Origin: Escherichia phage vB_VIPECOOM01 | Strand: one strand, 5' to 3' | Sequence record: OQ721909 | DNA: 64,000 bases | In this document: positions 29,011-37,719 of the stretch, piece by piece | How positions within the stretch are numbered: the first letter of the stretch is position 1 | Layout: each line of letters opens with the position of its first letter | The notes under the pieces: generated by a model | Seen by the model: only the letters and a program-made list of their open reading frames with translations | Told to the model about the DNA's origin: nothing | Databases searched by the model: none | Position numbers and translations under genes: made by a program

Positions 29011-29378
29011 TACAAACTCTCAGTAAAGGTACGAGCGATAACGTCGCGCTGCTGTTCCGGAGTCAGAGAGTTAAAGCGAACTGCATAACCGGATACACGG
29101 ATGGTCAGCTGCGGATATTTTTCCGGATGCTTAACTGCATCTTTCAGAGTTTCACGACGCAGAACGTTAACGTTCAGGTGTTGACCACCTTCAATTTTAA
29201 CTGTAGGTTGTGTTTCAATTTCAATTTCAATTTCACGAGCATGCAAACCATAGAAAATTTCTGGGTCTACAAAAGAGTCCTCTTTAAAAGTTTTAGAGAC
29301 AATAATTCGTACTTGAATACCATCTTCAAAATAAATAGTACCTTTATGTGTGCCTTCAAGAATTTGATATGCTTTCAT
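29010..29378 (-). CDS. Autonomous glycyl-radical cofactor (GrcA/YfiD-like)
   Basis: 122 aa; C-terminus [15 protein letters not shown]...[29 protein letters not shown] is the glycyl-radical domain of GrcA/PFL; host-like GC-rich codon usage. Confidence 0.88.
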   Translation of the reverse strand: MKAYQILEGTHKGTIYFEDGIQVRIIVSKTFKEDSFVDPEIFYGLHAREIEIEIETQPTVKIEGGQHLNVNVLRRETLKDAVKHPEKYPQLTIRVSGYAVRFNSLTPEQQRDVIARTFTESL

Positions 29379-29384
29379 ATAACC

Positions 29385-29714
29385 TCAATTAGAAAATAAA
29401 TTTATCCAAGACTGTTCTTTAATTAAAAATGGCTCAGAATCATATGCCATTAAACTTTGGGTGATTAGTCCTTTAAAAGGCCCATCAATAAATTCCATGG
29501 TAAAATATGGAATTTTATTCATTAATCTTGCATTAGGAGCAGTACACAAAACTCTGCATCCTTTGAATACGCCTTTTTGTAATTTGTATTGCTTAGGATA
29601 AAATTCGCTCAAGACGTTGTTATTTGCCAAAATTTCAAAATGATTCACCAATTTATTTTTAATAGTTTTTGGCGAAAAATAAAGATATTCGAAAAGTTGC
29701 GTATCTGTCATCAT
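29385..29714 (-). CDS. hypothetical protein
   Basis: ORF trimmed to ATG that forms ATGA overlap with upstream stop. Confidence 0.5.
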   Translation of the reverse strand: MMTDTQLFEYLYFSPKTIKNKLVNHFEILANNNVLSEFYPKQYKLQKGVFKGCRVLCTAPNARLMNKIPYFTMEFIDGPFKGLITQSLMAYDSEPFLIKEQSWINLFSN

Positions 29715-30253
29715 TGCATTCCAATTACGAAAAACTGTGGACGAGTAATACCACCAATGCAACATTTACTATTGCAGCAGTGTTGCACAGTTTCAATATG
29801 AATATCGTAAATTTTATCCATATCAGGAGATTTAACAGGCTCATCGATTATATACAAAATCCGCGAAAGCGATAAACCTCTGAACTTGCTACCTCTATTA
29901 CCAACAAAACTACGGACAGAATCAGTAAATAAACGGAATCGAATATCATCATTAGAATAGCGTGAAAATTCTTTTTTAATGTGGCCCGCAGAAATTTTAG
30001 CGTAAGCTGAAGTATTAGAAAGAACAATAACTGTTCCACCGTCATACAACCAATTAGCGGCAAAATTAGTTACTGCAGTTGATTTACCGGATTGACGTCC
30101 ACCATCTAGTCGAAGTGTGCAGTATTCTTTAAATAAATGTGGCGAATCAGGTACATAAAATCCACTATTACAAATTTCTTCTACTCTAGCATCAGAATGG
30201 TGTGTAAAAGCATTCATCAGGGATAGATAAGGACCAGTTAAAAATGTTCTCAT
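29711..30253 (-). CDS. hypothetical P-loop NTPase
   Basis: Walker A GGRQSGKST and Walker-B-like ILYIIDE; trimmed to MRTFLTG Met with GAGAGAAT RBS. Confidence 0.55.
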   Translation of the reverse strand: MRTFLTGPYLSLMNAFTHHSDARVEEICNSGFYVPDSPHLFKEYCTLRLDGGRQSGKSTAVTNFAANWLYDGGTVIVLSNTSAYAKISAGHIKKEFSRYSNDDIRFRLFTDSVRSFVGNRGSKFRGLSLSRILYIIDEPVKSPDMDKIYDIHIETVQHCCNSKCCIGGITRPQFFVIGMQ

Positions 30254-30330
30254 TTTATTCTCTCTAAATTTGGGCCATTCCATGGCGCATGAATTGTCCA
30301 TTTCTGTATTTACCCATTACCGCACTTGGG
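30254..30330. repeat. repeated structured intergenic element, copy A
   Basis: ~75% identical to 31205-31283 over ~70 bp. Confidence 0.5.
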
Positions 30331-30398
30331 CTCGACCTTATTACAGGTTGGCGGGAATCCCTCATAGAATCATGAGGTCCAGGTTATTCCCATGTTAT

Positions 30399-30815
30399 TT
30401 AAATGTAAATATTTTTGCCGTAATACTTATACCAGTGCGGCTTCATTAAAATTTTTTCATCGAGTCGTTGTTGACTCAACCTAATAGCTGATTTGCATGG
30501 ATTATAATCATTTTTCCATTCTGCTGGAATATCGCTGATGTCAGGAACTTCAGTATCTTTTATACTAAACCCACGTTTTAAGCATTCCATTATAATGTCT
30601 GATTGACGCTTTCGCAAAAATTCTAACTTGTCGTAAAAGAACGTAACATGACCAGAACCTAAAATAAACTCGGAAGATATTTTAAAATCTTTAACCCGCT
30701 TACCATTTGCCACATGTTTACGAACTATACCAAAAACACGTGGCAATTCACGGTATTCTGCGATTAAATGCTGATCAGCAAGTTCAGATACTAAAGTCAA
30801 ATTAATACGAGTCAT
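30399..30815 (-). CDS. denV: Endonuclease V (pyrimidine-dimer DNA glycosylase)
   Basis: 138 aa; N-terminal [17 protein letters not shown] matches recalled T4 endo V. Confidence 0.93.
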   Translation of the reverse strand: MTRINLTLVSELADQHLIAEYRELPRVFGIVRKHVANGKRVKDFKISSEFILGSGHVTFFYDKLEFLRKRQSDIIMECLKRGFSIKDTEVPDISDIPAEWKNDYNPCKSAIRLSQQRLDEKILMKPHWYKYYGKNIYI

Positions 30816-30837
30816 TTTACCTCTCCAAGTAATTATG

Positions 30838-30870
30838 AATATACTATCACAATTCTAGGAGAAAGTAAAC
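30838..30870 (-). promoter_or_regulatory. early promoter upstream of denV
   Basis: GTTTAC -35, TGTGATAGTATAT -10 on minus strand. Confidence 0.6.
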
Positions 30871-30872
30871 TG

Positions 30873-31175
30873 TTATTTACCTTTAATTACTTTAGCTGCT
30901 TCGATAGCCGCTTGCTGAAGGTCATCCATAGACATACCGAATTTAGAAGCAAAGTTATCAATTTTCTTTTCGACAGCATTCAAAGGCTTGGCCTGTTTAC
31001 CTTCATTAGCGCCAGGAAGAGCGAGAATACGCTCTTTGTCAATATAAAGGCTTACAAGTTTCTTACGGTCTTTATCGGACAAATCATGAAATGAATGGGC
31101 CTTTTTATTTATAGCGGCTTCTAATTTACCTGCACTCACTCGCGCTTCAGCAATAAATTCTTGATATGTTTTCAT
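30873..31175 (-). CDS. ipII: Internal protein II (capsid-packaged)
   Basis: 100 aa; N-terminal MKTYQEFIAEA capsid-targeting leader. Confidence 0.85.
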   Translation of the reverse strand: MKTYQEFIAEARVSAGKLEAAINKKAHSFHDLSDKDRKKLVSLYIDKERILALPGANEGKQAKPLNAVEKKIDNFASKFGMSMDDLQQAAIEAAKVIKGK

Positions 31176-31204
31176 ATGTTTCCTTTAAATGTAAATAGTT
31201 TTAT

Positions 31205-31283
31205 TCTTTAAGTTTGGGACAATTCGCACGCATGAATTGTCCGTTTCTATATTTATCTATTACCGGGTTCGAACTCGGCTTTA
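31205..31283. repeat. repeated structured intergenic element, copy B
   Basis: Contains 9-bp perfect stem GGACAATTC/GAATTGTCC; paralogous to 30254-30330. Confidence 0.5.
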
Positions 31284-31862
31284 TTAAGAATTACCACGAG
31301 CTGCATTAGCAACGGCGTAAGCGTACTGAACATTAGCGTCTTTAAACGTACCTTTAGAGGTATCTAGTTCTGCCTTAAAGCCGCCTTTAGTCATAACATC
31401 GGCAAATTCTTTACGGAAAGCCATTGCATCAAGGCTTCTCCATGACGATTTGTGCTTGGCGAATTCAAGACCAGCGTAGTTGACAGCCTTAGCTAATTTA
31501 TTATCAATAACCCATTTACCTGCTTTAGGCACAAATACCGGGCCTTTCTGTTTAGAGAATAGTTTTAAATTCCAGCGACGAAGGTCACCGTCAGCTTTAA
31601 CAAAAGCTGCGTCCAAGTTACTAGCAACAACATCTTGAATATGGCCAAATTTAAGCCCATCAACTTCAATATTTAGATCGGTACGCCAGCGAAGTCCTTC
31701 CCAAGCGAAAGCTTTAAAGTCAGAAGCCTTTGTAGCTAAATACCGTTCAATAGTAGCTGTTTTAGGGTCAAAGCCGTTTCCTCGATAAGTCCACTCATCT
31801 TTATTAATTCCTTTGGCCTTTTCCACAGAAGCTTCAGCGATAAATTCTTTATACGTTTTCAT
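31284..31862 (-). CDS. ipIII: Internal protein III (capsid-packaged)
   Basis: 192 aa; N-terminal MKTYKEFIAEA leader. Confidence 0.85.
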   Translation of the reverse strand: MKTYKEFIAEASVEKAKGINKDEWTYRGNGFDPKTATIERYLATKASDFKAFAWEGLRWRTDLNIEVDGLKFGHIQDVVASNLDAAFVKADGDLRRWNLKLFSKQKGPVFVPKAGKWVIDNKLAKAVNYAGLEFAKHKSSWRSLDAMAFRKEFADVMTKGGFKAELDTSKGTFKDANVQYAYAVANAARGNS

Positions 31863-31895
31863 GTGTTTCCTTTAAATATTTTAATTAGTAACTGT

Positions 31896-31930
31896 GAATA
31901 TACTATCACAGTTCTAGAAGAAAGTAAACA
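31896..31930 (-). promoter_or_regulatory. early promoter upstream of ipIII
   Basis: GTTTAC -35, TGTGATAGTATAT -10; near-duplicate of denV promoter. Confidence 0.6.
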
Positions 31931-31943
31931 ACTTTATAGATTT

Positions 31944-32474
<531 letters not shown>

Positions 32475-32930
32475 TTAAAAGAGGCTGTTCATTATTCGGT
32501 AAAGTGAAGGACCCATCACATATTGCCACTGAGTGCGAGGAATAAGAGCAAAAGCATCCATCTCTGGAATCATAACACCATCTTTATTTTCAAAATAAGA
32601 CTCGCAATGGCAATTTCTAAACATCTCATGCTCTACTGGAATCGTATAATAAAACAGCTGTAAGTCTTTATTACTAGAATATTTAAATACACCTAGGTCT
32701 TCTAGAAGGTCTGGATTATAATTGCTAAAACCGGTCTCTTCTAAGCATTCTCTTCGTGCTGCATCTAGTGCGTTTAAATCAGAATTTTCTACACGGCCTT
32801 TTGGAATATCCCAGCGATGTGCCATCATTCCAGGCTTACGAGAACCAGTAACCCGTCCCATGAATAAATCTTTATCTTCTGTCATAAAGATAATACCAGC
32901 TGATAATGTTTTCATTTTAATTTCCTGCAT
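32475..32930 (-). CDS. nudE: Nudix hydrolase
   Basis: 151 aa; Nudix box GRVENSDLNALDAARRECLEETGF. Confidence 0.85.
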   Translation of the reverse strand: MQEIKMKTLSAGIIFMTEDKDLFMGRVTGSRKPGMMAHRWDIPKGRVENSDLNALDAARRECLEETGFSNYNPDLLEDLGVFKYSSNKDLQLFYYTIPVEHEMFRNCHCESYFENKDGVMIPEMDAFALIPRTQWQYVMGPSLYRIMNSLF

Positions 32931-33400
32931 TCGGTGATAAAATTATTTAAATTTTGAGTATATTTCTTTTCATCAAAAATCTTTTGCTGCCTACGTAACC
33001 GCCATGGCATTTCAATGAACACGCACCATATTCCTGATAGTACTGCTGCTGTAAAAATATTAACAAGTATAATTAAAAGAATCCAATCTTCCGTTCTGCC
33101 TACTGGACTTTCTCCAAAGAAGCAAAATACAAATGATGTCACAGGAAAACTAATAATATACCACAGAATAACCTTCTTATCTGTGAACCAATCAGCGTTC
33201 GTTAACTTAGCGCGACCATTTCGAATACACACGAATTTATCATCTGTTACAGTAGATGGCTTAACTGCTTGATATCCCATTCTAAACTCCCTAATCAGCA
33301 AATTTTTCATATCTTCGGAACAGCCATTCCAGTCAACTCTATCGACTGAAATGCCATCGTCCCCATCATCTAAATCATACCAGCGAGTTTTTAAAATCAT
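32912..33400 (-). CDS. hypothetical membrane protein (CRK-tail family)
   Basis: 162 aa; two TM segments; C-terminal FITECRKLK. Confidence 0.55.
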   Translation of the reverse strand: MILKTRWYDLDDGDDGISVDRVDWNGCSEDMKNLLIREFRMGYQAVKPSTVTDDKFVCIRNGRAKLTNADWFTDKKVILWYIISFPVTSFVFCFFGESPVGRTEDWILLIILVNIFTAAVLSGIWCVFIEMPWRLRRQQKIFDEKKYTQNLNNFITECRKLK

Positions 33401-33759
33401 TTAATTTTCCTACAATCACTCACAAACTCTTCCATTGATTCTTTTTCAATATAAGACATGTAGTTATTATATTCCTTTAATTGTATTTTGTAATCCTTTT
33501 TTCTTTGCCAATTTATTTTAAAATTATCATAATGAAAATATAACATGGTACCAAAGAATGAAAATAATGAAATCGCTATAGTATAACGAAGTTCACTCCA
33601 AACCTCTGTTATAATTACTGTGCCGTCGATGTTTAAAATAATACAGTCAATTAACAATCCAATAAGACTACCAGCAAGAGCTGCAAATACTGACACGGCA
33701 AGAATTAATAGTGCCTCAGGAAACGAATATTTGACTTTATTTAGTTTTGGCTTTTGCAT
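33397..33759 (-). CDS. hypothetical membrane protein (CRK-tail family)
   Basis: 120 aa; two TM segments; C-terminal FVSDCRKIK. Confidence 0.55.
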   Translation of the reverse strand: MQKPKLNKVKYSFPEALLILAVSVFAALAGSLIGLLIDCIILNIDGTVIITEVWSELRYTIAISLFSFFGTMLYFHYDNFKINWQRKKDYKIQLKEYNNYMSYIEKESMEEFVSDCRKIK

Positions 33760-34154
33760 CGTGATTCCTTAACAAATTTCATAATTTCATTAAATTCATG
33801 CATATCAAGTTTAAGCTGGTGTTCCTTTTTAATCTTTTTACACTGAGCTTTCCATTCGCGTACGCGTTTACGATAATGTCTTCCTTGATACCAGTATCCT
33901 ACCCAATTTACAGGTACTAATAAAAGTGGAACTATTAATGGAAGAATTAGCATTAACACAAGTATTTCGCCAGAATCAATATCAGTCATAACATCTAAAA
34001 CACCTCCAATAATCAATAGAATCACAAATGATACAGCTACCACAGGACCTATTAATATATCAGTAGGAATTAGCCGGCGCTTTAATTCATACTTCACAGG
34101 TTTACTTGGAAGGTATAGTGATGGCTTTGACATATTCTCTACATTCCTTAACAA
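33741..34154 (-). CDS. hypothetical membrane protein (CRK-tail family)
   Basis: 137 aa; two TM segments; C-terminal FVKESRCK. Confidence 0.55.
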   Translation of the reverse strand: MLRNVENMSKPSLYLPSKPVKYELKRRLIPTDILIGPVVAVSFVILLIIGGVLDVMTDIDSGEILVLMLILPLIVPLLLVPVNWVGYWYQGRHYRKRVREWKAQCKKIKKEHQLKLDMHEFNEIMKFVKESRCKSQN

Positions 34155-34710
34155 ATTTTTCTAATAATAAATCGCTTTCAAAATTGGGATTTTCCACGAA
34201 TTTATCAAAAAGATCATCAACAATAGTCAAGATATTCTTTTTACTAAGAATACGCTTATTTTCATATTTTGTTTCAGAGTCAACTATAAGAGTAAAGAAA
34301 TATTTCTTTCCCTGAAATTTTACCGTAGTATCAATATAAAATAAATTTGACTTTTGTAAATTACGTCTAAACCCCGAGTCACTTAAACTATAAACGCCAA
34401 GATAATCATAATCGTCGTTTAAATAACAAACTGTCCATTCAGGAGAAATGAAATCAGTAAATTCAACATCAAAATCGCACGTCAATGAATGAATTGATTC
34501 AATACTGCTAATAAGTATTCCAGGACGTATTAAAGACTTTTTACCTCTATAAAATCTTCCAGAAAGACTTTCGTCAGTTTCATACGAAGACCCCCAATAG
34601 TAATTACGTCCTTCTGCCATACGTTTAAGAGCATTCAGTAATTGGTCTGGAACATCAACCTGTCTTTGGAACTCTTCAAACATTGAATTGAAATCATTTT
34701 GCATTCTCAT
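34102..34710 (-). CDS. hypothetical protein (CRK-tail family, soluble)
   Basis: 202 aa; C-terminal FVKECREYVK; followed by terminator. Confidence 0.55.
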   Translation of the reverse strand: MRMQNDFNSMFEEFQRQVDVPDQLLNALKRMAEGRNYYWGSSYETDESLSGRFYRGKKSLIRPGILISSIESIHSLTCDFDVEFTDFISPEWTVCYLNDDYDYLGVYSLSDSGFRRNLQKSNLFYIDTTVKFQGKKYFFTLIVDSETKYENKRILSKKNILTIVDDLFDKFVENPNFESDLLLEKFVKECREYVKAITIPSK

Positions 34711-34724
34711 TCCTATTTACTCCA

Positions 34725-34748
34725 AGTAATAGGGGCCGAAGCCCCTTA
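34725..34748 (-). terminator. rho-independent terminator
   Basis: AGGGGC-TTCG-GCCCCT hairpin on minus strand. Confidence 0.6.
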
Positions 34749-34751
34749 TCA

Positions 34752-35345
34752 TTATTTCAGAGAATTAATATATTCCTGGACATCAGCAGAAGTGGTTTCA
34801 ACCCCAGAAATATTACCGTTAAAGGTTTCAACTCGAGCAAGAGTATCTTCAATATCAACCTTAGTTAGCGCTGCGATTTCAACTACATCATCGGCAGTAC
34901 TAATTCCAAGGGCATTTGCCGCACGAGTTTCACGAATATATTCCAATTTAACTGCAAGTTCTTGGCGAGCATCATCTAACTCAACTACTTTCTTGGCGAT
35001 TTCAATTCGCATTTCAGCATAACCGTCAGCTTTAGTAGTCAACTGCTCAGCTGTTCGACGATATAGCAAACCGAGTTTAGCGTGCATTGTTACATCTTGA
35101 CCTTCGGAAAGAAGTTTACGAATTTCACGCTCTTTTGATTCGGCCTGTCGATTCTTTTCGACAATAAGTTCACGAATACGTTTTTCTTCATTAATAGATT
35201 TAACAGAAGCAGTTTTTAGATCTTTAATTTTATCAAGCAGTTTTGCTGCCGCAGCAGTATACTGTTCTTCAACAGATAGATTTTTAGCCATAGCAGAACC
35301 AAGTTTAGTGCGAATAAACTCAACAATTTTCTTCAGTGTGTTCAT
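34752..35345 (-). CDS. hypothetical coiled-coil protein
   Basis: 197 aa, highly helical/charged. Confidence 0.55.
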   Translation of the reverse strand: MNTLKKIVEFIRTKLGSAMAKNLSVEEQYTAAAAKLLDKIKDLKTASVKSINEEKRIRELIVEKNRQAESKEREIRKLLSEGQDVTMHAKLGLLYRRTAEQLTTKADGYAEMRIEIAKKVVELDDARQELAVKLEYIRETRAANALGISTADDVVEIAALTKVDIEDTLARVETFNGNISGVETTSADVQEYINSLK

Positions 35346-35388
35346 AGTATTTCCTTAGGTTAATTGAGATTTAAAATCTGTGGAAGAA

Positions 35389-35919
35389 TTATATCCCATT
35401 ATTTGAGAGATGTAAACTATTTTTAATTTTACAAATTCGTTCAGCTTCATCGATAGCAGCATTAATAATGCTTTTAGCTATAGGAGTACTAATACTAGTA
35501 GCTTTTACACTTAACACGATTTCTTTATCTTTACCAGGCCAACCCCATGATTTTTCACCGTGAGTGCCTTTAATTACAGCAGACACCTCAAGTGAGCGTC
35601 CATTATCATATGTTTTTACATTAACAACCCAAGGGTCACTTTTCTCAATCGGTTTCTCAACCGGTTTATCCCAGTAAATATTAAGAATGCGTGGGACATC
35701 AAATTTGGCAGGACAAATCTTAACCGTAAGACCTTCGCTTTCTAGCCAATTAATAAGAGGGCGTTCATACAGGCGACGATGTGGGCTTGGGATTCGACAA
35801 GCCTTATGTCCGTTGCTTGCGGCTTCACTAAGCTGTTCTAATACCTGCTTTTGCATTATTGATAAGATACCATCAAAAGATTTTTCGGAAATTTCATTCA
35901 GTTCGGTATAAAGAGACAT
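35389..35919 (-). CDS. hypothetical protein
   Basis: 176 aa ORF. Confidence 0.55.
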   Translation of the reverse strand: MSLYTELNEISEKSFDGILSIMQKQVLEQLSEAASNGHKACRIPSPHRRLYERPLINWLESEGLTVKICPAKFDVPRILNIYWDKPVEKPIEKSDPWVVNVKTYDNGRSLEVSAVIKGTHGEKSWGWPGKDKEIVLSVKATSISTPIAKSIINAAIDEAERICKIKNSLHLSNNGI

Positions 35920-35974
35920 AACAGTTTCCTCAAATTATAGGCTCATAATATCTCAATCATGAGCCTATGTAAAC

Positions 35975-36292
35975 TTATTTCATATTATTGAAATATTCTT
36001 CTGCGATTTCGTCGTTATCATGGTAAACTTTAGAAGACAGTTTAACATAACCTTCTGCTGTGAACATGTTAATCACAACTTTTACAGTATACCATTGACC
36101 ATCTTCATTACCCATTACTGCGTAAGTTTCAAACATCGGATGGTCAGGACCGATAACTTTAATATCATTCACTGTACGACCGAAATCTTCTGAAACGCAT
36201 TTCATAAAGAAGTTGAACAGTTCGCCGTAATTATCCATTTTATTCTCCAAGTTGTTTTTCTGTATCAGTAGTTGATAGTTGTATAGTACCAT
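35975..36292 (-). CDS. hypothetical protein
   Basis: 105 aa ORF directly downstream of early promoter. Confidence 0.55.
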   Translation of the reverse strand: MVLYNYQLLIQKNNLENKMDNYGELFNFFMKCVSEDFGRTVNDIKVIGPDHPMFETYAVMGNEDGQWYTVKVVINMFTAEGYVKLSSKVYHDNDEIAEEYFNNMK

Positions 36293-36330
36293 GGAAGAAC
36301 TGGGATGTAAACAGTTTTGTGAAAAAATTT
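36280..36330 (-). promoter_or_regulatory. early promoter
   Basis: UP element, GTTTAC -35, TGGTACTATAC -10 on minus strand. Confidence 0.6.
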
Positions 36331-36444
36331 TTAAAAAGTTTTAGGGAATTCTAGGGAGGGAAGGGGCAATTAAAGGATAGGATAATATATTATAAAGGGT
36401 AGAAACTAAATGATGCCTAGAGAGGTCCAGAAAGGCCTAGATGC

Positions 36445-36470
36445 CAAAAAGCCCTATCATTTAGATAGGG
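36445..36470 (-). terminator. rho-independent terminator
   Basis: CCCTATC-TAAAT-GATAGGG hairpin followed by CTTTTTGG on minus strand. Confidence 0.6.
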
Positions 36471-36478
36471 ATTTAAAA

Positions 36479-37042
36479 TTATTTATCTAGTTTAGTTATT
36501 ATAGCTTCTGCGGCAGCTTTTAGCTTAGATGCGGTGTTAATACGATTTTTAATTTCAGTATACGCATCGCCAAGAACATCAAGGCTATCAGAATAAACAC
36601 TTACACTATTGCGTTCGCTATTTGAAATAGAACCTTTAGTTTTACGATCAAAATCGGTGTACACGTCTTGAAGATCACGGGCTGCCTTCTTTGCATCATC
36701 CAATGCGTCAAGAGCTTTATTCAAAGCATTAACGTATTTTTTAGTGTCGAACATATTCTTAGAAATTTTAACAGGTGCGCGTTCAGGAGTAGCTAATGCA
36801 GATTTAGGAACCTGAGCGCCAGATGCCAATTTCTTAGAAATTTTGAAAAACGCTTTATTGAATTTATTTTCTTGACTCATCGTAAAAGAACTATTATCGA
36901 TGTTGTACATTTCAATAGCTTTAGCTTTCCACTTAAGAAAATCGCCGCGGTCTTTTGGGTCCAAGTGGAAGAATACTTTAGTAAGATCTGCTTCAGATGG
37001 TAATTTTGCTGCTTCGGTTAAAAATTCGGCATAGGTTTTCAT
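36479..37042 (-). CDS. putative capsid-targeted internal protein (CTS leader, 187 aa)
   Basis: N-terminal MKTYAEFLTEA matches internal-protein leader with L-x-E cleavage site; flanked by terminator hairpins. Confidence 0.6.
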   Translation of the reverse strand: MKTYAEFLTEAAKLPSEADLTKVFFHLDPKDRGDFLKWKAKAIEMYNIDNSSFTMSQENKFNKAFFKISKKLASGAQVPKSALATPERAPVKISKNMFDTKKYVNALNKALDALDDAKKAARDLQDVYTDFDRKTKGSISNSERNSVSVYSDSLDVLGDAYTEIKNRINTASKLKAAAEAIITKLDK

Positions 37043-37131
37043 TTAAAATCCTTGAAATGATTTATCAGTTGGTTATTAATTATTTATTACTTTGCTATTA
37101 TCTGCAGCAGCATTCTCTATGTGATTCAAAC

Positions 37132-37160
37132 TAAAAAGCCCCGACCGAAAGGTCGGGGCT
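37132..37160 (-). terminator. rho-independent terminator
   Basis: AGCCCCGACC-TTTC-GGTCGGGGCT hairpin followed by TTTTT on minus strand. Confidence 0.75.
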
Positions 37161-37167
37161 AAGAATG

Positions 37168-37641
37168 TTATTTGATTTGTTTAGCAGACCAAATGCGGTC
37201 TTTAATAATTTTTTGGATGTCTTCAACATACTCTAGGTCATGAGCATGTGGGTTATCTTTGAAACTATAAGCACGAGCTAGTTTTTGGCCTTCAGTTTTG
37301 ATTACTAAAAGCTCTTTAAGGATAGCTTCATATTTAGCGATAATTCCTTTAACAATATTTTTTTCTTGTGCAACTTTAGGATCTGCTTTAGGAGCAGGTT
37401 TACCCGAAGCCTTTGCAAAAGCAGCGCCAGTAGCAACTAAACTTTTCCAGGCCATACTAACTGCATTTCCTGTAAATCCTTCTGCTTTCATGTCGCGGGC
37501 AAATTGGAATCGTGATTCGTCAGAAGCATCTTTATAGGAATATTTACCCGCTGCAATGGCTGCTTTTGCGACAGCTTGAATTTCGGTGCTAGATGCTTCA
37601 TTTAACACCGCTTCATTTAAAAATTGAGCATATGATTTCAT
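37168..37641 (-). CDS. putative capsid-targeted internal protein (CTS leader, 157 aa)
   Basis: N-terminal MKSYAQFLNEA; TATAAATA late promoter upstream and terminator downstream. Confidence 0.6.
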   Translation of the reverse strand: MKSYAQFLNEAVLNEASSTEIQAVAKAAIAAGKYSYKDASDESRFQFARDMKAEGFTGNAVSMAWKSLVATGAAFAKASGKPAPKADPKVAQEKNIVKGIIAKYEAILKELLVIKTEGQKLARAYSFKDNPHAHDLEYVEDIQKIIKDRIWSAKQIK

Positions 37642-37680
37642 CTTATTTCCTGTTTTAATTCGTGATTTAATATACTACTA

Positions 37681-37688
37681 TATTTATA
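37681..37688 (-). promoter_or_regulatory. late promoter (TATAAATA) upstream of CTS-protein gene
   Basis: Plus-strand TATTTATA; gene start at 37641. Confidence 0.6.
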
Positions 37689-37689
37689 C

Positions 37690-37718
37690 TAAAAAGCCCC
37701 AACCTTTCGGTCGGGGCT
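37690..37718 (-). terminator. rho-independent terminator ending the tRNA / small-RNA transcript
   Basis: Near-duplicate of the 37132-37160 hairpin followed by TTTTT on minus strand. Confidence 0.7.
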
Positions 37719-37719
37719 A

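Noticed and set aside
29004-29399. 131 aa plus-strand ORF
   Set aside because: Antisense to the GrcA-like gene, whose identity is supported by its conserved glycyl-radical domain.
29589-30063. Plus- and minus-strand small ORFs 29589..29801, 29669..29875 and 29848..30063
   Set aside because: Overlap the P-loop NTPase and its downstream gene in alternative frames or strands; low-complexity translations.
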